Under the pieces are notes generated by a model, which saw only the letters and a program-made list of their open reading frames with translations, did not search any database and had not been told where the DNA came from. Shown here one piece after another: positions 24,789-38,038 of a stretch of DNA of 64,000 nt (within the stretch, counting starts at the first letter, position 1; each line of letters begins with the position of its first letter). The stretch is taken from the NCBI RefSeq assembly GCF_006345805.1, contig NC_043011.1:17062464-17126463 (forward strand), in the 5' to 3' direction. A program made the translations under genes and the position numbers. This stretch comes from Octopus sinensis. Lineage: Eukaryota.

Positions 24789-25407
24789 AAAGTGATGCTA
24801 TCATTTATATTGTATTCCTAACAAAACAAATCAATATTATAGAATTTTAAATCTCCATTTATTTATCTCCTGCATTTTGCTCGGTTAATAAACAACTACT
24901 TCAATTTAATCTGCTTCAGTTTTATCGATCCCAAAAGGATAAAAGGCAATGTCAACGCTTTACAATCTTCGCTAAACAGTTTTCCCAGTGCGGTAGCGAT
25001 TCTGCCAGCTTGCCATCTTGCTGGCTAATATATTATTTGCTGATCCAGTTGGTTAATGTTTACATCTCGGTTCGGAAATGAAAAAAGTACTGGATTGGGT
25101 GTAAAATAACGTGTAGAAAACGAATATGAAAAAAAAATGCGCAGAAAGCAACGGAAGGGTGGGAAGAGGGCTTCGGAAAATTCGCAAAATCCGAGTTTTT
25201 CTCTCATAACTTTTTGGAAAATGGGGACTTTTCAATGAAAATTATAGAAATGCCATTCAAATGGCATACATCACGATTATAAAGTAATTTGTGGGGGAAA
25301 ATGTTTTCCAAAGAGAGTGGGGAGAGGATTTTGGAAAATTCAAAAGATCCTAGTTTTTCCCTCATAACTGAGTATATATATGTGTGTGTGTGTATGTGTT
25401 TGTATAC

Positions 25408-25451
<44 letters not shown>

Positions 25452-25577
25452 GTGTGTATATATATGTATATATATATATGTGTATGTATATATGTGTATG
25501 TATATATGTATATATATATATGTGTATGTATATATGTGTATGTATATATGTATATATATATGTGTGTATGTATATAA

Positions 25578-25615
<38 letters not shown>

Positions 25616-26755
25616 GAGAGAGAGAGGAAGTAATAACGAGTGAATAAGAATAATGACGAAGGGTAAAAAATGCGTAAAAATAATTAAAAATGAAACAAAA
25701 TTGAAACCAAAACACTAAAGATTATTGAACGTGGGTAGAATTAACACTACATAGTGTAGTAGTACTATGCTAGGGTATCTGTAGAAAGATGAATGTGATT
25801 TTGGAATATAACGAAGAAAGATTTGGATCTTGGGAATTTTCCGAAAGTCTTCTCCCCACCTCAAGATTTTCCTTTCAAAAGCATTTATATCAAATTTCAT
25901 TGAAAAAAAAACATTTTCCTAAAAGTTATGAGGGAAAAACTCGGATTTTGTGAATTTTCCGAAGTCCTCTTCCCACCCCCTTGGAAAATATTTTCCCCAT
26001 AAATTTCTTAATAATCGTAATGTATGCCGTTTGAAAAGCATTTCTATAAAATTTCAATGAAAAAACCCATTTTTCTAAAAGTTTCAAGGGAAAAGCTCGG
26101 ATCTTGTGAATTTTCTGAAGTCCTCTCTCCACCCTCAGGTGTGATTCACCAAGGTTTTGGCTGCTATTCCTAGCAGGTTGAAAAATCACCTAAATGCCCA
26201 CAGATTAAATTGAAGTAGGAATTGTTTATCAGCCAAGTAAAATATAGGAGAAAAATAAATAGAGATTTAAAATTTCATAATACTGATTTGTTTTGTTAGG
26301 AATGCAATATAAATGATAAACCACAGATTTAACAGCATATTTTTCTTCTTTTTCTTTTTGCTTAAAGAACATTTTCAAACAGTTTATGTGAAGTTACGTT
26401 ATGTGACCTGGATGTGGCCCAGCTCCCTTAGAATGTAAGGAGTTAAGAGTCAAGACACTTACCTGTAGGAGGTTTCATCTCTGAAGACCCTCTGCGGCTT
26501 AGCTCTTCTGAGAGTTCCTAATCAATACAATGCTCTTTTTGTCTTTAAAAAAAAAAGACATTAGGGTGTGATTCACCAAGGTTTTGGCTGCTGTTCCTAG
26601 CAGGTTGAGAAATTACCTAAATGCGCTCGGATTAAATTGAAGTAGGAATTGTTTATTAGCCAAGTAAAATGCAGGAGATAAATAAATGGAGATTTAAAAT
26701 TTTATAATATTGATTTGCTTTGTTAGGAATACAATATAAATGATAGAATCGCTTT
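24789..26755. repeat. Nested inverted and direct repeats
   Basis: 24789-24913 is inverted relative to 26201-26320 and 26630-26755; 25152-25369 is inverted relative to 25923-26136 (~155-bp subunits); 26138-26320 and 26565-26747 are direct copies. Confidence 0.85.
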
Positions 26756-27704
26756 TACTTTTTCACTGGAGCTTATGAGTCAGTTGCATTGTTTCTGTGT
26801 GGTTGTTTGACTTGTAGGAAACAGCAGGGAAATGTCACAAATCACACTCTTTCTGTCATTTGAAATTTAATAATGTGTCATTGACTCGCTATGCCTGAAA
26901 AGCGAAATAAGAATTTTAAAAATATGATGGAATATTTTACAGGTTGTCTGGAATTCTCGGTTTCTCAGAATTCGTTCTGATGACATCACATTTTTATTTT
27001 TTAAATTTCATTTCCAAAAATAGGTTAGTGCAGATATTTTCAATTTTGTTTTTACACATATTTACAATGTTTGCTTTGTACAGATTCGATTTAAGATTTG
27101 TTAACTCAATTTTCCTTCACAGCTCTGCATGATAGTTTTTTTTTTTTTTTTGCTTCTTTGTTTTGCTTTTGCTATGTGTAAGCTAAGTGCAATTGCGATC
27201 AGAATGGTTAGAATCATTGTATATTTTGATTTTTGGTAATTTTCTGGGCGGCTGGGGGTAGGGTTCGAAATAGTTCACCCACGTAAGTTGAATTTTCTGT
27301 TTTGCCTGGACTTTTCAGTTTTTTGCTCTCTGAACCACATACTTCAAAAAGAGGGTAGCAGTAAAAAAAAAAATTCTATAATTTTTTAAACATCACTGCC
27401 CACCACCTCTTACCTTCATGACAGCCTTCACTATTAAAAAATTTTCCTCTCTTATCATTATTACAATCAATATTCAGAAACCCATATAAGTCAAATTACA
27501 TTGGTCAACAAAATGAAACTTATTTTAATCATCAGAGTTGCTGATTGACTTTTCTGGGTTAATGTTTGATGCTGATTACGAATCTGAAGTCCGATTTCCT
27601 CTATCAGGTCCCATTTTCATGTTAATGATACCTGCTCTTTTCACTTATAGGATACGTAAAGCATGTCTATATAAAGTATATTAAATACAAGATATGATAA
27701 TTTC

Positions 27705-27915
27705 ACCGTTGCCAGTACCACCAGACTGGCCCTCGTGCCAGTGGCATGTAAAATCACCCACTACACTGTCGGAGTGGTTGGCATTAGGAAGGGCATCCAG
27801 CTGTACAAACTCTTTCAGATCAGATTGGAGCCTGGTGCAGCCATCTGGTTCGCCAGCCCTCAGTCAAATCGGCCAATCCATGCTAGCATGGAAAGCAGAC
27901 ATTAAATGATGATGA
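27705..27915 (+). mobile_element. SINE family B
   Basis: Core and tail as at 1-221. Confidence 0.85.
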
Positions 27916-28117
27916 TAATATATATATATATATAGATAGATAGATTCAGATTAATATGGTACATAAGTTGAGGCACCAGAATTTAGTACTGTATTATCCA
28001 TACAATTTCAAAGTAAGGTGATTAAAATCAAAATAAGCAACAAAGATATCCAGAGGTAATGCAGTACAATCCTTTCATGTAAATGGAGTTGCATGAAATG
28101 ATCCTTGTTGCTTATTT

Positions 28118-28151
<34 letters not shown>

Positions 28152-28222
28152 AAATATTAGGGAATAAATCCAAACTTACTGGGAAAAATCAGATTTAGGA
28201 TTGAATCCAATTTTATAGTAAA

Positions 28223-28691
28223 ATATTATATTATATTAAATTAGAGATAAAACCACTATTAGGCAAATCAAACAATGAAAAACTTAAGCCAATACATAAA
28301 ATTAATTAATTTATATTATTTTAAATATATATCAAAATTATTAAAAGTTTAATAAAAGATAATGAGTAAAACACTACGATCGTTTCATGGCTGTCCAATT
28401 CGTAATAATTCGAGTTATGGCTACAGTCAATCTTCAGGTAATTGAAATATTTATCTTAGCCAAGATAAATATTTCAATTACCTGAAGATTGACTGAAACC
28501 ATAACTCGAATTATTTCGAATTGGACAGCCATGAAACGATCGTAGTGTTTTACTCATTATCTTTTATTAAACTTTTAATAATTTTGATATATATTTAAAA
28601 TAATATAAATTAATTAATTTTATGCATTGGCTTAAGTTTTTCATTGTTTGATTTGCCTAATAGTGGTTTAATCTCTAATTTAATATAATAT

Positions 28692-28696
<5 letters not shown>
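28223..28696. mobile_element. Near-perfect palindrome, probably inverted Penelope-like terminal repeats with minimal hammerhead-like motifs
   Basis: ~235-bp arms, 4-nt loop at 28458-28461, about 5 mismatches by eye; CTGAAGA...GAAACGATCGTA on each strand. Confidence 0.7.
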
Positions 28697-28732
<36 letters not shown>

Positions 28733-28734
28733 CT

Positions 28735-28862
28735 ATCCACTGGAAGTGTGTAGGCTCAAAACGTTACAGACATTTTCACTTCCCGAGCATTATACTAATA
28801 CATCTGTTGGTTGTCTACACCATCTGTCTTCATCTTTTGTTTTTTTTTGTGAATTCTCCCTA
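28735..28862 (+). mobile_element. Penelope-like terminal-repeat remnant
   Basis: Same family as 1386-1575 and 21815-21870. Confidence 0.5.
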
Positions 28863-28864
28863 TC

Positions 28865-29018
<154 letters not shown>

Positions 29019-29024
29019 GTATAT

Positions 29025-29398
29025 ATGGCTTGTTTGGGTAAGAAATTTGCTTCCCAACTATATGGTTCCATGTTCAGACCCACTGTGTGGAACCTTGGTC
29101 AAGTGTCTTCTACTATAGCCATAGCCTGGCCAAAGCCTTGTGAGTGGATTTGGTAGATGGAAACTGAAAGAAGCCTGTTGCAAATACATATATCTATCTG
29201 TGTGTGTGTGTGAGTGTTTGACCAATCTAGTCATTGTCTCTGTTTATGTTCCCATAACTTATCAGTTCAGCAAAAGAGACAGGTAGAATAATTACCAGGT
29301 TAAAAAAAAATCTATAAGTACTGGGGTGTATTCATATGACTAAAACTTCTTCATAGTGGTGCCCCAGCATGGCCACTATGACTGAAATAAGTGAAAGT
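29025..29398 (+). mobile_element. SINE family A, diverged
   Basis: Colinear with the family A consensus. Confidence 0.8.
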
Positions 29399-29528
29399 TA
29401 ATTGCATCTGTATAAATGGGTGTGTGCCACAGTGTATGTGTCTGTCTGTGTCAATGTGTGTATGCGTACTTTGTTTACTCTGATATAATCTTCCTGTAGA
29501 TTTACATAAGGAAGATTATATTGATTAA

Positions 29529-29756
29529 GTGATTAAACAGAATTTAATCAATTGAATTAAATAACCTAAATTGGAGTTGAATCTAATAGTATGGAATATT
29601 CAAAACGAAAGTCTGCAACATTGAAATTTTGATTAGATTATTACAATAAACTAATCAAAATTTCAGTGTTGTAGACTCCAATTTAGATTATTCCATACTG
29701 TTGGATTCAACATTAACTCAATTATTTAATTCAATTCATTAAATCTATTTAATCAG
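29529..29756. repeat. Degenerate fold-back (~105-bp arms), MITE-like
   Basis: Arms centred on ttgattagattattacaataaactaatcaa; adjacent 13-bp hairpin at 29483-29521. Confidence 0.75.
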
Positions 29757-30232
29757 ACAATTATATTTACTCAATGTGGTCACTCGCCCTTCTAGAAAAA
29801 CAGCAAAATATGTCTCAAATTTCACCCTGCTTTAGTTTAAATGGAAGGACATTTAATTCTGTGTAGACTATGGCTGCGGAAAAGACAATGTGTTTGAGGC
29901 TGGAATAATTTTTTCATGTTTGATTCAATAGAGTAGATCCAGGCTTTAAAATCAAAACCTTTGAAGTCCCTCATTTTATTATGTCTACTGGGATGTATAA
30001 ACACTAAGAAGCCCTTTAAACACTTGTGAATAGCTTTAGAAAGACATCATTTTTACATATGGACCTGACAATAATAATAGAATTCTAAATATATCATATG
30101 TTTAACTCTAATTATAAAATACTCGGTCATATTTATCTCATTTTATCTTCTTCTATTTGCAAATATTTGTTTCACTCATAGTATTATAGCTTGCTGAGGT
30201 ACAGATATCTAGAATGACATTCACTCCAGTAA

Positions 30233-30796
30233 TCTATAATATAAATTGGACATGGGCGGTCTTTGCATTCTTTCTTGTTTCGAGATTCACAGCCAAACGG
30301 CTGGGTGGATTTGCGTGAAAAATGGCACACATATGGAGACGGGTGCATAGATTGGAATGCGGTTTGTATTTTTTTCCTAGCCCTCATACTTACCAACCTT
30401 CTCAGTCGATTAAAACTTTTCTAATGGAATTCCCGTTTGTTCCGCCATTAAAACAACCTATTGTTCACACAGCCAGCATATACCATTTCGCTAGCAACAA
30501 GGGGAGTACAGGATCACAGTCAGCCAAAACTTTTGCTATACTGTCTCTCTTCTTTCACCTCTTTGTGGGGTTAATAACCTTAATCTTTAGTTACAGTTTC
30601 TCATTCAAACTACATAATAGGCAGAATTGTCGGATTAAGACAGTAGGATGTTTTGAGGGAGATTTGGCTGCTATTTCTACCAGGTCTAGCTACCATGTAG
30701 AAGTCTGAACTTAATTTTCATTCACATATGCCTAACCGAAAACGATCGCAGCCACATCATCCAAACAGACCAGGTGAAACCGGGCTTAGCTGCTAG
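30233..30796 (+). mobile_element. Non-autonomous Helitron
   Basis: a|TCTATAATATAAA start; ccaaacggctgggtggatttgcgtgaaaaatggcaca subterminal motif; 3' ccaggtgaaaccggg hairpin then CTAG|t. Confidence 0.8.
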
Positions 30797-30984
30797 TTAT
30801 ATATAAATATGTACCTATTATTAATGTCAAGAGAAGAAAGATATGCTGGGCCTGCCAAATATTTCATCCTCTCACTCCTCCACCTCTCTGTGTAAAGTAT
30901 ATTTGAAGTGGCTGTGTATCTTTGTATATAAAATTGAAAGTATTGAAAGTCCGCTATATGAATGCAAAAATTGTATGTATATCA

Positions 30985-31235
30985 GTGCAGGTATAGCCGT
31001 GTGGTAAGAAGTTTGCTTCCAAATCACACATTCCAGGTTCAGTCTCCCTGTGTGGAACCTTGAGTAAATGTCCTCTACTATAGCCATGGGCTGACCAAAG
31101 CTTTGTAAGTGGCTTTTGTTGCAGGAAACTGAAAGAAGACCATTTTTATATCATCATCATATATATATGTGTGTGTATGTGTGTGTGTGTGTGAGTGTAT
31201 TTGTATAGATTGATCTCACTCCCCCTTCCTCCATC

Positions 31236-31291
<56 letters not shown>

Positions 31292-31602
31292 TACTATATA
31301 GCTTCTGGCTGACCAAAGCCTTGTGAGTGGATTTGGTTGACGGAAACTGAAAGAAGCCCGTCATATATATATGTATGTGTGTGTATATGTTTGTGTGTCT
31401 GTGTTTGTCCCCCAAACATCGCTTGACAACCGATAGTGGTGTGTTTACGTCCCTGTAACTTAGCAGATCGGTAAAAGAGACCGATAGAATAAGTACTAGG
31501 CTTCCAAAGAATAAGTTCTGGGGTTTTATATGCTTGACTAAAGGCAGTGCCCCAGCATGCTCGTAGTCAAATGACTGAAACAAGTAAAAGAGTAAAAGAG
31601 TA
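30985..31602 (+). mobile_element. SINE family A pieces (old 5' half plus younger 3' part)
   Basis: Matches family A; interrupted by microsatellites. Confidence 0.8.
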
Positions 31603-31954
31603 ATCGCATCATTGAAATCTCAAAGCTGTGAGATAATGCATGATTCAAAAGAATGTGAATAAACCAGCATTACTTTTGACAGAGTTATCTGAATGCTAAA
31701 TAGTTAAGTGAACACACACAAGTTTTTGTTGTGTCTTACACCACCATTCCCTGATGGAATTCTGAAGTGAGAAATCCTATAGATAATGTGTTGAAATTGC
31801 TTTGATCTTCAATTGACTATTATGTGGTTTAGCGAGGTAGCCATATTTGTGTCTTGCTTTATCTTCTCCTGTATATTTTACATGCTGTTTTTGCTTAACT
31901 TTTTACTAGTTAATTGTAACACAACATGTCCTTTTTTTGTCTACATTAACATCT

Positions 31955-32337
31955 TACTCTTACTCTTTTACTTGTTTCAGTTATTTGACTGCGGCCATGC
32001 TGGAGCACCGCCCTTTAGTCGAGCAAATCGAACCCAGAACTTATTCTTTGTAAGCCCAGTACTTATTCTATCAGTCTCTTTTGCTGAACCGCTAATGGGG
32101 ATGTAAACACACCACCATCGGTTGTCAAGCAATGGCGGTGGAGGGACAAACACAAACACACAAACATATACACACATGCATATATATACATGTATACGAT
32201 GGGCTTCTTTCAGTTTCCGTCTACCAAATTCACTCACAAGGCTTTGGTCGGCCCGAGGCTATAGTAGAAGACACTTGCCCAAGGTGCCACACAGTGGGAC
32301 TGAACCCAGAACCATGTGATTGGTAAGCAAGCTACTT
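31955..32337 (-). mobile_element. SINE family A
   Basis: Tail-to-tail with the copy at 31300-31602. Confidence 0.9.
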
Positions 32338-32754
32338 GGTTTCTCAAACACCATTTTTGTTTTTCTTGTCTTACTTTTCTCTCTCTCTTTCTTGTTTGTT
32401 GAGCTCTCCATCTCTTCTCTCTCATCATCCTTCCTTCTCTCTCTCTCTTGTAACTTTTCCCACGAAGACTTTCTGATTTCCTATGATTCTAAATCTATTG
32501 GTTATCCGCTCCTTTGTTATTATCATGAGGGGTGTATGTGAGAGGAGGATAATGGCAAATTCAGTGCTGTGTACGAGATGTGAAAAATGGATTCATGGTT
32601 GATGTACGAAAATGAAGAAGGTGACCCCAAGACTGACAAGAGAGTTTGTTTGCAGAAGATGTGAGAAAGGAGCTGGAGGGTTGGCGAAGTCAGTGGAAGA
32701 ACTATGTGACAAGGTGGAGAACATGGTGTTTGAGAGAGAGAGAGAGAGAAAGAG

Positions 32755-33140
32755 AGAGAGATGGAAATTTTGAGAAGGACTGAGAAAGTACTGGTGAGAG
32801 AAATGTGTAGCATGAGGGTGTTTGATAAGAGGAGGACTGAGGACTTGATGGGGATGCTGGGGTTGGAAGAATCGGTGGGATGGCTGACAAGGGCAAATGG
32901 AGTGTGGTGGTATGGGCATGTGTTGAGGAGGGTGCTAGCGTTTGAGGTAAATGGACAGTAAAAGCGAGGTAGGGTGAGGAAAATGTGGAGGAGACTGAGA
33001 AGGTCGGCTTGAGAAGGGCCGACGCCCAAAACTGGGCAAGATGGCGAGATTGTGTGAGGGCAGTTGCTATGGCATTAAGATAGATACGACCACCCCGGTT
33101 AACAGGGACAAAACCTGGATTCAAAATGATGGATGATGTT
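32755..33140 (+). mobile_element. RTE LINE 3' fragment
   Basis: ILRRTEKVLVREMC...ANGVWWYGHVLRR...FEVNGQ*KRGR; gatg-type tail. Confidence 0.8.
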
Positions 33141-33367
33141 GGATCCATGTGTCTCTTTTGAACTTGGATTCATCACCTGCTAATCTCCACTATATCTCTG
33201 TCTTTCTTTGAGAAATATTGTCAGACGATCAGTATCTATTTTCCTCTTAGTCTCAACAATTTTTCTCTTAGTCTTGCATTTGTACACGGTTGTTCCTGAT
33301 TTGTTTTTACTTTTCTTTCCTCACCAGTCAATAGACTCTCACTATTTAATAATCAATGTCATTTAAA

Positions 33368-33598
33368 ACAGCAAGCTGGCAGAATCATTAGCATGCCAGA
33401 CAAAATACTAAGTAGAATTTCATTTGTCTTTATGTTCTGAGTTCAAATTCCAGCGAGGTCAACTTTACCTTTCATCCTTTCTGGGTCAATAAAATAAGTA
33501 CCAGCTGAACACTGGAGTTGATATAATTGACCTACCCCCACCAAAAAAAAAAAAAAAAAAAAAATTGGGGGCCTTATGCCAAAATTTGAAACCAATAA
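33368..33598 (+). mobile_element. SINE family C
   Basis: Diverged copy. Confidence 0.75.
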
Positions 33599-34174
33599 TC
33601 AATGTTATTTTGTTTTGTTAGCTGACAGACTAAATAATTTATTGTACCTAATTTTTCCAGTGTTCATATTATTGTGTCACATTTGTTGACCAGTTCTAGC
33701 ACTTTGCTATAAATCTTCTGGCATTCTGAAATGAAGATTTCTATTCACAATGTCTCAAGTCAACTTCGATCTTCAGTCAATAGAGGATGAGGCAAGAGTA
33801 GCATCCATATTTGTGTCTTGTCATGTCTTGTACAATTTACCTGTTGCCTATTTTGAATTTTTCTTCTATTTGATCATGAACCCACTGATTTTTGCTTATG
33901 TTTGTGTGTGAGAATATTCAAATGTAAGAAATATAGCTCAGTGGGTAGGGTATCGACCCCAATGCTCAACTAGTATTTATATTTATCGATCTCTGAAAGG
34001 ATGAAAGATGGAGCTGACCTCAGCAGAATTTAAACTCGGAATGTAAAGATGGACGAAATGCTACTAAGCATTTTGCCTGGCTTGCTGCCTTTTAGCTGCA
34101 AAAATATTTTGAAATATATTTTACATAACCCAAACTCGATATGTTGGGTACAGCCTGTACATATGCTGGTTTAA

Positions 34175-34395
34175 CCCTTTTGTTACTGTATTTATTTTGA
34201 GGTGCTCTGTGTTTCTTTCAATTACCTTAAATATAACAAAGAATTTAATAAAATAACTTGGTTATCATTAAGCTAGTGTTAGGAACATAAATTGTGACAA
34301 AGGTTTGGCAGAAAATTTTAATTCAAAACTTATGAAAACATGACATTTGTACTACAGAGCCAGAGGTGGTTTCAGCCAGGTTGGTATTGAAAGCA
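34175..34395. mobile_element. piggyBac-like MITE
   Basis: TTAA|CCCTTTTGTTAC...GGTATTGAAAGCA|TTAA; right TIR degenerate. Confidence 0.55.
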
Positions 34396-34408
34396 TTAAC
34401 AGTTTATA

Positions 34409-34780
34409 GGCGCAGGAGTGGCTGTGTGGTAAGTAGCTTGCTTACCAGTCACATGGTTCCGGGTTCAGTCCCACTGCATGGCACCTTGGGCAAGTGTCTT
34501 CTACTATAGCCTCGGACCGACCAAAGCCTTGTGAGTGGATTTGGTAGATGGAAACTGAAAGAAGCCCGTTGTATATATGTATATATCTGTGTGTGTATGT
34601 GTTTGTGAGTCACTTGACAACCGATGCTGGTGTGTTTACATCCCTGTCACTTAGAGGTTTGGCAAAAGAAACCGATAGAATAAGTACTAGGCTTACAAAG
34701 AATAAGTCCTGGGGTCGATTTGCTTGACTAAAGGTGGTACTCCAGTATGGCCACAGTCAAATGAAACGAGTAAAAGAGAG
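34409..34780 (+). mobile_element. SINE family A
   Basis: ggcgcaggagtggctgtgtggtaag start. Confidence 0.9.
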
Positions 34781-36317
34781 TATCCAAAAGAAAGGAGAAT
34801 TGAATTGTGCTCCTTGCTGCAATGTTTGCCTTGGCATGATTTCTAAGTTTGGATGTCTTACCTAATGCCAATCACATTAATTTTGTAGCACCAGCACCAG
34901 TGAGGTTGCCAAGTAACTTGCTAGTTAGGGAAAAACTAGAATCTGCACAGGCTGCTACTGATTTGTTGGTCCACAGTGCTTGAATTGAAATCTCTTTGAA
35001 ATATTTTGAAAAGAAGCAAGAGTAAAGTACGCTGAACATAATCTCAGTACATTACTTGAATATGTATTATTCAAGTTCCACCAAAACTTCCCTAACATTT
35101 TGCCTGCTTTTAACTAATGAGATATCAGAATACACAACTCATCGACAAAAATGTTTTGAATTCTGTATAGAAATTAATTTTGCTCTGAGTGAAATAATTA
35201 TTTGTGATACTCAGTCAAATAAATATCAGAAATAAGCACACCTACTTCTAATGAAGCTAAACATTAATGATCCATTATGAAAATATTTTGTTGTAAGATC
35301 ACATGCAAGAAGCTAACACAGAGTATATTGTTGTCAGTGCATTCTCTTCAGGGGAAGTCTGTATACTTTGTGTATCATTTTCAAAATTATACATTGCTGT
35401 TTTGCAATTCAATTATTTATAAGATATATGTGTGTTTTAATATGTATACACTTTTACATGTAGTTACTCAGAGATGGGTACATTAGACAGATGTATGAAT
35501 AATTTTCTTTCTTTTTTATATTTATTTATTTATTTAAATATATGTTTCTTAAAACATTTTCATGGTTGAAAACCACAAATTTATAAAAAAATGTAATTTT
35601 AATGATATTTTTTTCTTTTTTTTTCTGATTTTCTGAAAGACTGTTGTATCGTGTAAGTGAACTGAAATGACTTTCATAGAGAAGCAGAATCTTGAAGACA
35701 TTGATTGAGAGGATATGAATTGTTACATTATAGCACATAGCAAGAGCTAGAATAGGCATAATACTATATGCATGAGTAAAAACTACTACCACTACTACTG
35801 CTGCTGCTGCTTCTGGTGCTGATGCTACAGTGACATTTACAAGCAAAGATATATAGTGTCAGGATTGACCCCTAGGTTATTCCATAACAACACATATTGT
35901 AGAGAAAGGCCCTTATCTTAGTGCTTCTCATTCTGTCTGATACAAGGCCTCTTCAAGACATCAGAGAAATTTTTTTTACCTTTCCCCCTTCACACATTAT
36001 AAATGAGAAGACAAATGGAGTTTCTATCCATGTAGTTCTTTCATCTGCCACTTTTTCAATCCTCACGGTTATCTGCTTCTGTTAGAAACACTGCTTTAAC
36101 CAATTTGCTTACAACAGCACTTGAGAAAAATATAATTTATCTTATGTTCTTACTCTGAACAAAGAGAAACCCTTCTGGTCATCAGGTTCTTTTACTCCTC
36201 AACTCAAAGCAATCAACCGTAAGCTTGTTTGTAGACTCCTCTAAACACCACTGTAAATTACTTTAATTAATATATCTTGTTTAATTAAATTCTCTTGGAA
36301 ATGCTTTTCACTGTACA

Positions 36318-36565
36318 AGAGGGAGGAGGAGGAAGAGAAGAGGAGGAGGAGAGGAAGGATGAGAAGAAGAGGAAGGAAGAGAAGAAGAGGAAGGAAGAGA
36401 AGAAGAGGAAGGAGGTGGAGGAGGAGAAGAAGAGGAAGGAAGAGAAGAAGAGGAAGGAGGAGGAGGAGAAGAGGAAGGGGAAGGAAGGGAAGAAGAGGAA
36501 GGAAGAGAAGAAGAGGAAGGAGGAGGAGAAGAAGAAGAGGAAGGAAGAGAAGAAGAAGGAGGAGG
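36318..36565. repeat. Polypurine minisatellite, ~18-bp unit GAGAAGAAGAGGAAGGAA
   Basis: Direct inspection. Confidence 0.95.
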
Positions 36566-37762
36566 CAAAAATCGAACATAGTGCCATAAACTTACAAATG
36601 CTCCTTTGTCAATCAACAGATTTGCTATCGCTGCTACTACTGAAACCACTATTTTCGGCTGAGTTGTATTTGTCATATGTGAGTGAAATGCCTTCACAAT
36701 AGACTTAGTATAATGCCAATGATTCAATTCAAGCTAGTAACCTTTTTGCTAGTTGTCTAATATCTTATCCACTCAACCATATGCAGTCTAATGCATATAT
36801 ATATATATGCTAATTAGGAATACCAAATAAGGTTCCTGTGTTGAAAATACACGTAGAGTGGCACTTGAATTCATGCTTACAAATTTGTTATATGTACAAC
36901 AGGAAATGTATGGAAATAAAATACCGAAATAATACGTCAGCGCCGTTCTTAGTTGATAGAACTTTTGTTATTGAATCTTACTGGCAGGAAAGAATAAACA
37001 ATTATTAGAAAATAGATACTGAATACAATAGAAATAATTTTCTGTTAAAATTAAAAGAGCTTTAACTATTTTCATTGATCTTAAAAATATTCCAATATAA
37101 ATTGGAAGTTATTTGCTATTATAAGATGTAAAAATAAATTTACTTTCTTCAAAGTAAATTATAGTGCAGCATTCAAATTTGAGTCTGTAATTCTTTGACC
37201 TTTTAGATAAAGATATTTTGGGAGCATTATAAACAAAACTTTAGATTGTTCTGTAGAAACTATCAAAGTTCTTTTTCATTCACTAATTTTCTATAATTTC
37301 AAAATTGGCCTTGTTAAATGCCTTTGTATGGAGGAAAGAAAAAGAAAGTAGTTTAATATAGTGTTGATTGCTAGTGAAATGACAAAAACATAGAATATTG
37401 AACACGATAACTTATTTAGTTCAAATCCTGCTGGTTCAATTCTCCCTTACGGCAACAATGAAAGTTTCTTTCTTTCCTCTGCTCTACTTGCAGCAGATTG
37501 CCATAATTTATTGAAAAATGGACAAAATGTCTTGCGGTACATAGTTAGGTCTTTTTATGTTCTGGAGTTTAAAACCTGCTAAGACCAACTTTGCCCTTAG
37601 TCCTATTGAATCATTGATAGAATAATGTCCAGTACAACAATTATTATTATATATTGTGATTATACCTCTTTCCTAAAATGCACGACCTATGGAAATCATT
37701 ATAATTACTGTCAGCATCGTTGCTGTTATTGTTGTGGTAGTGGTGGTGGTCATTGTCATAAA

Positions 37763-38038
37763 TCTTCTTCTTCTTCTTCATCGTCTTCTTCTTCATCTTC
37801 ATCGTCTTCTTCTTCATCTTCATCGTTTTCTTCTTCTTCTTCTCTTCTTCTTCTTCTTCTTCTTCTTCTTCTTCTACTTCTTCTTCTTCCACCTCCCCCT
37901 CCTCCTCCTCTTCCTCCTTCTTCTTCGTCTTCTTCTTCTTCTTCCTCTTCTTCTACTTCTTCTTCTCCTTCCTCCCCCTTCCCCCTCATCCTTCTTCTTC
38001 TTCTTCTTCTTCTTTTTCCTCCTCCTCCTCCTTCTTCA
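37763..38038. repeat. (CTT/CCT)n polypyrimidine tract
   Basis: Direct inspection. Confidence 0.95.

Noticed and set aside
30184-30708. ORFs 30184-30396 and 30322-30708
   Set aside because: Overlap a non-autonomous Helitron; no Rep/helicase motifs
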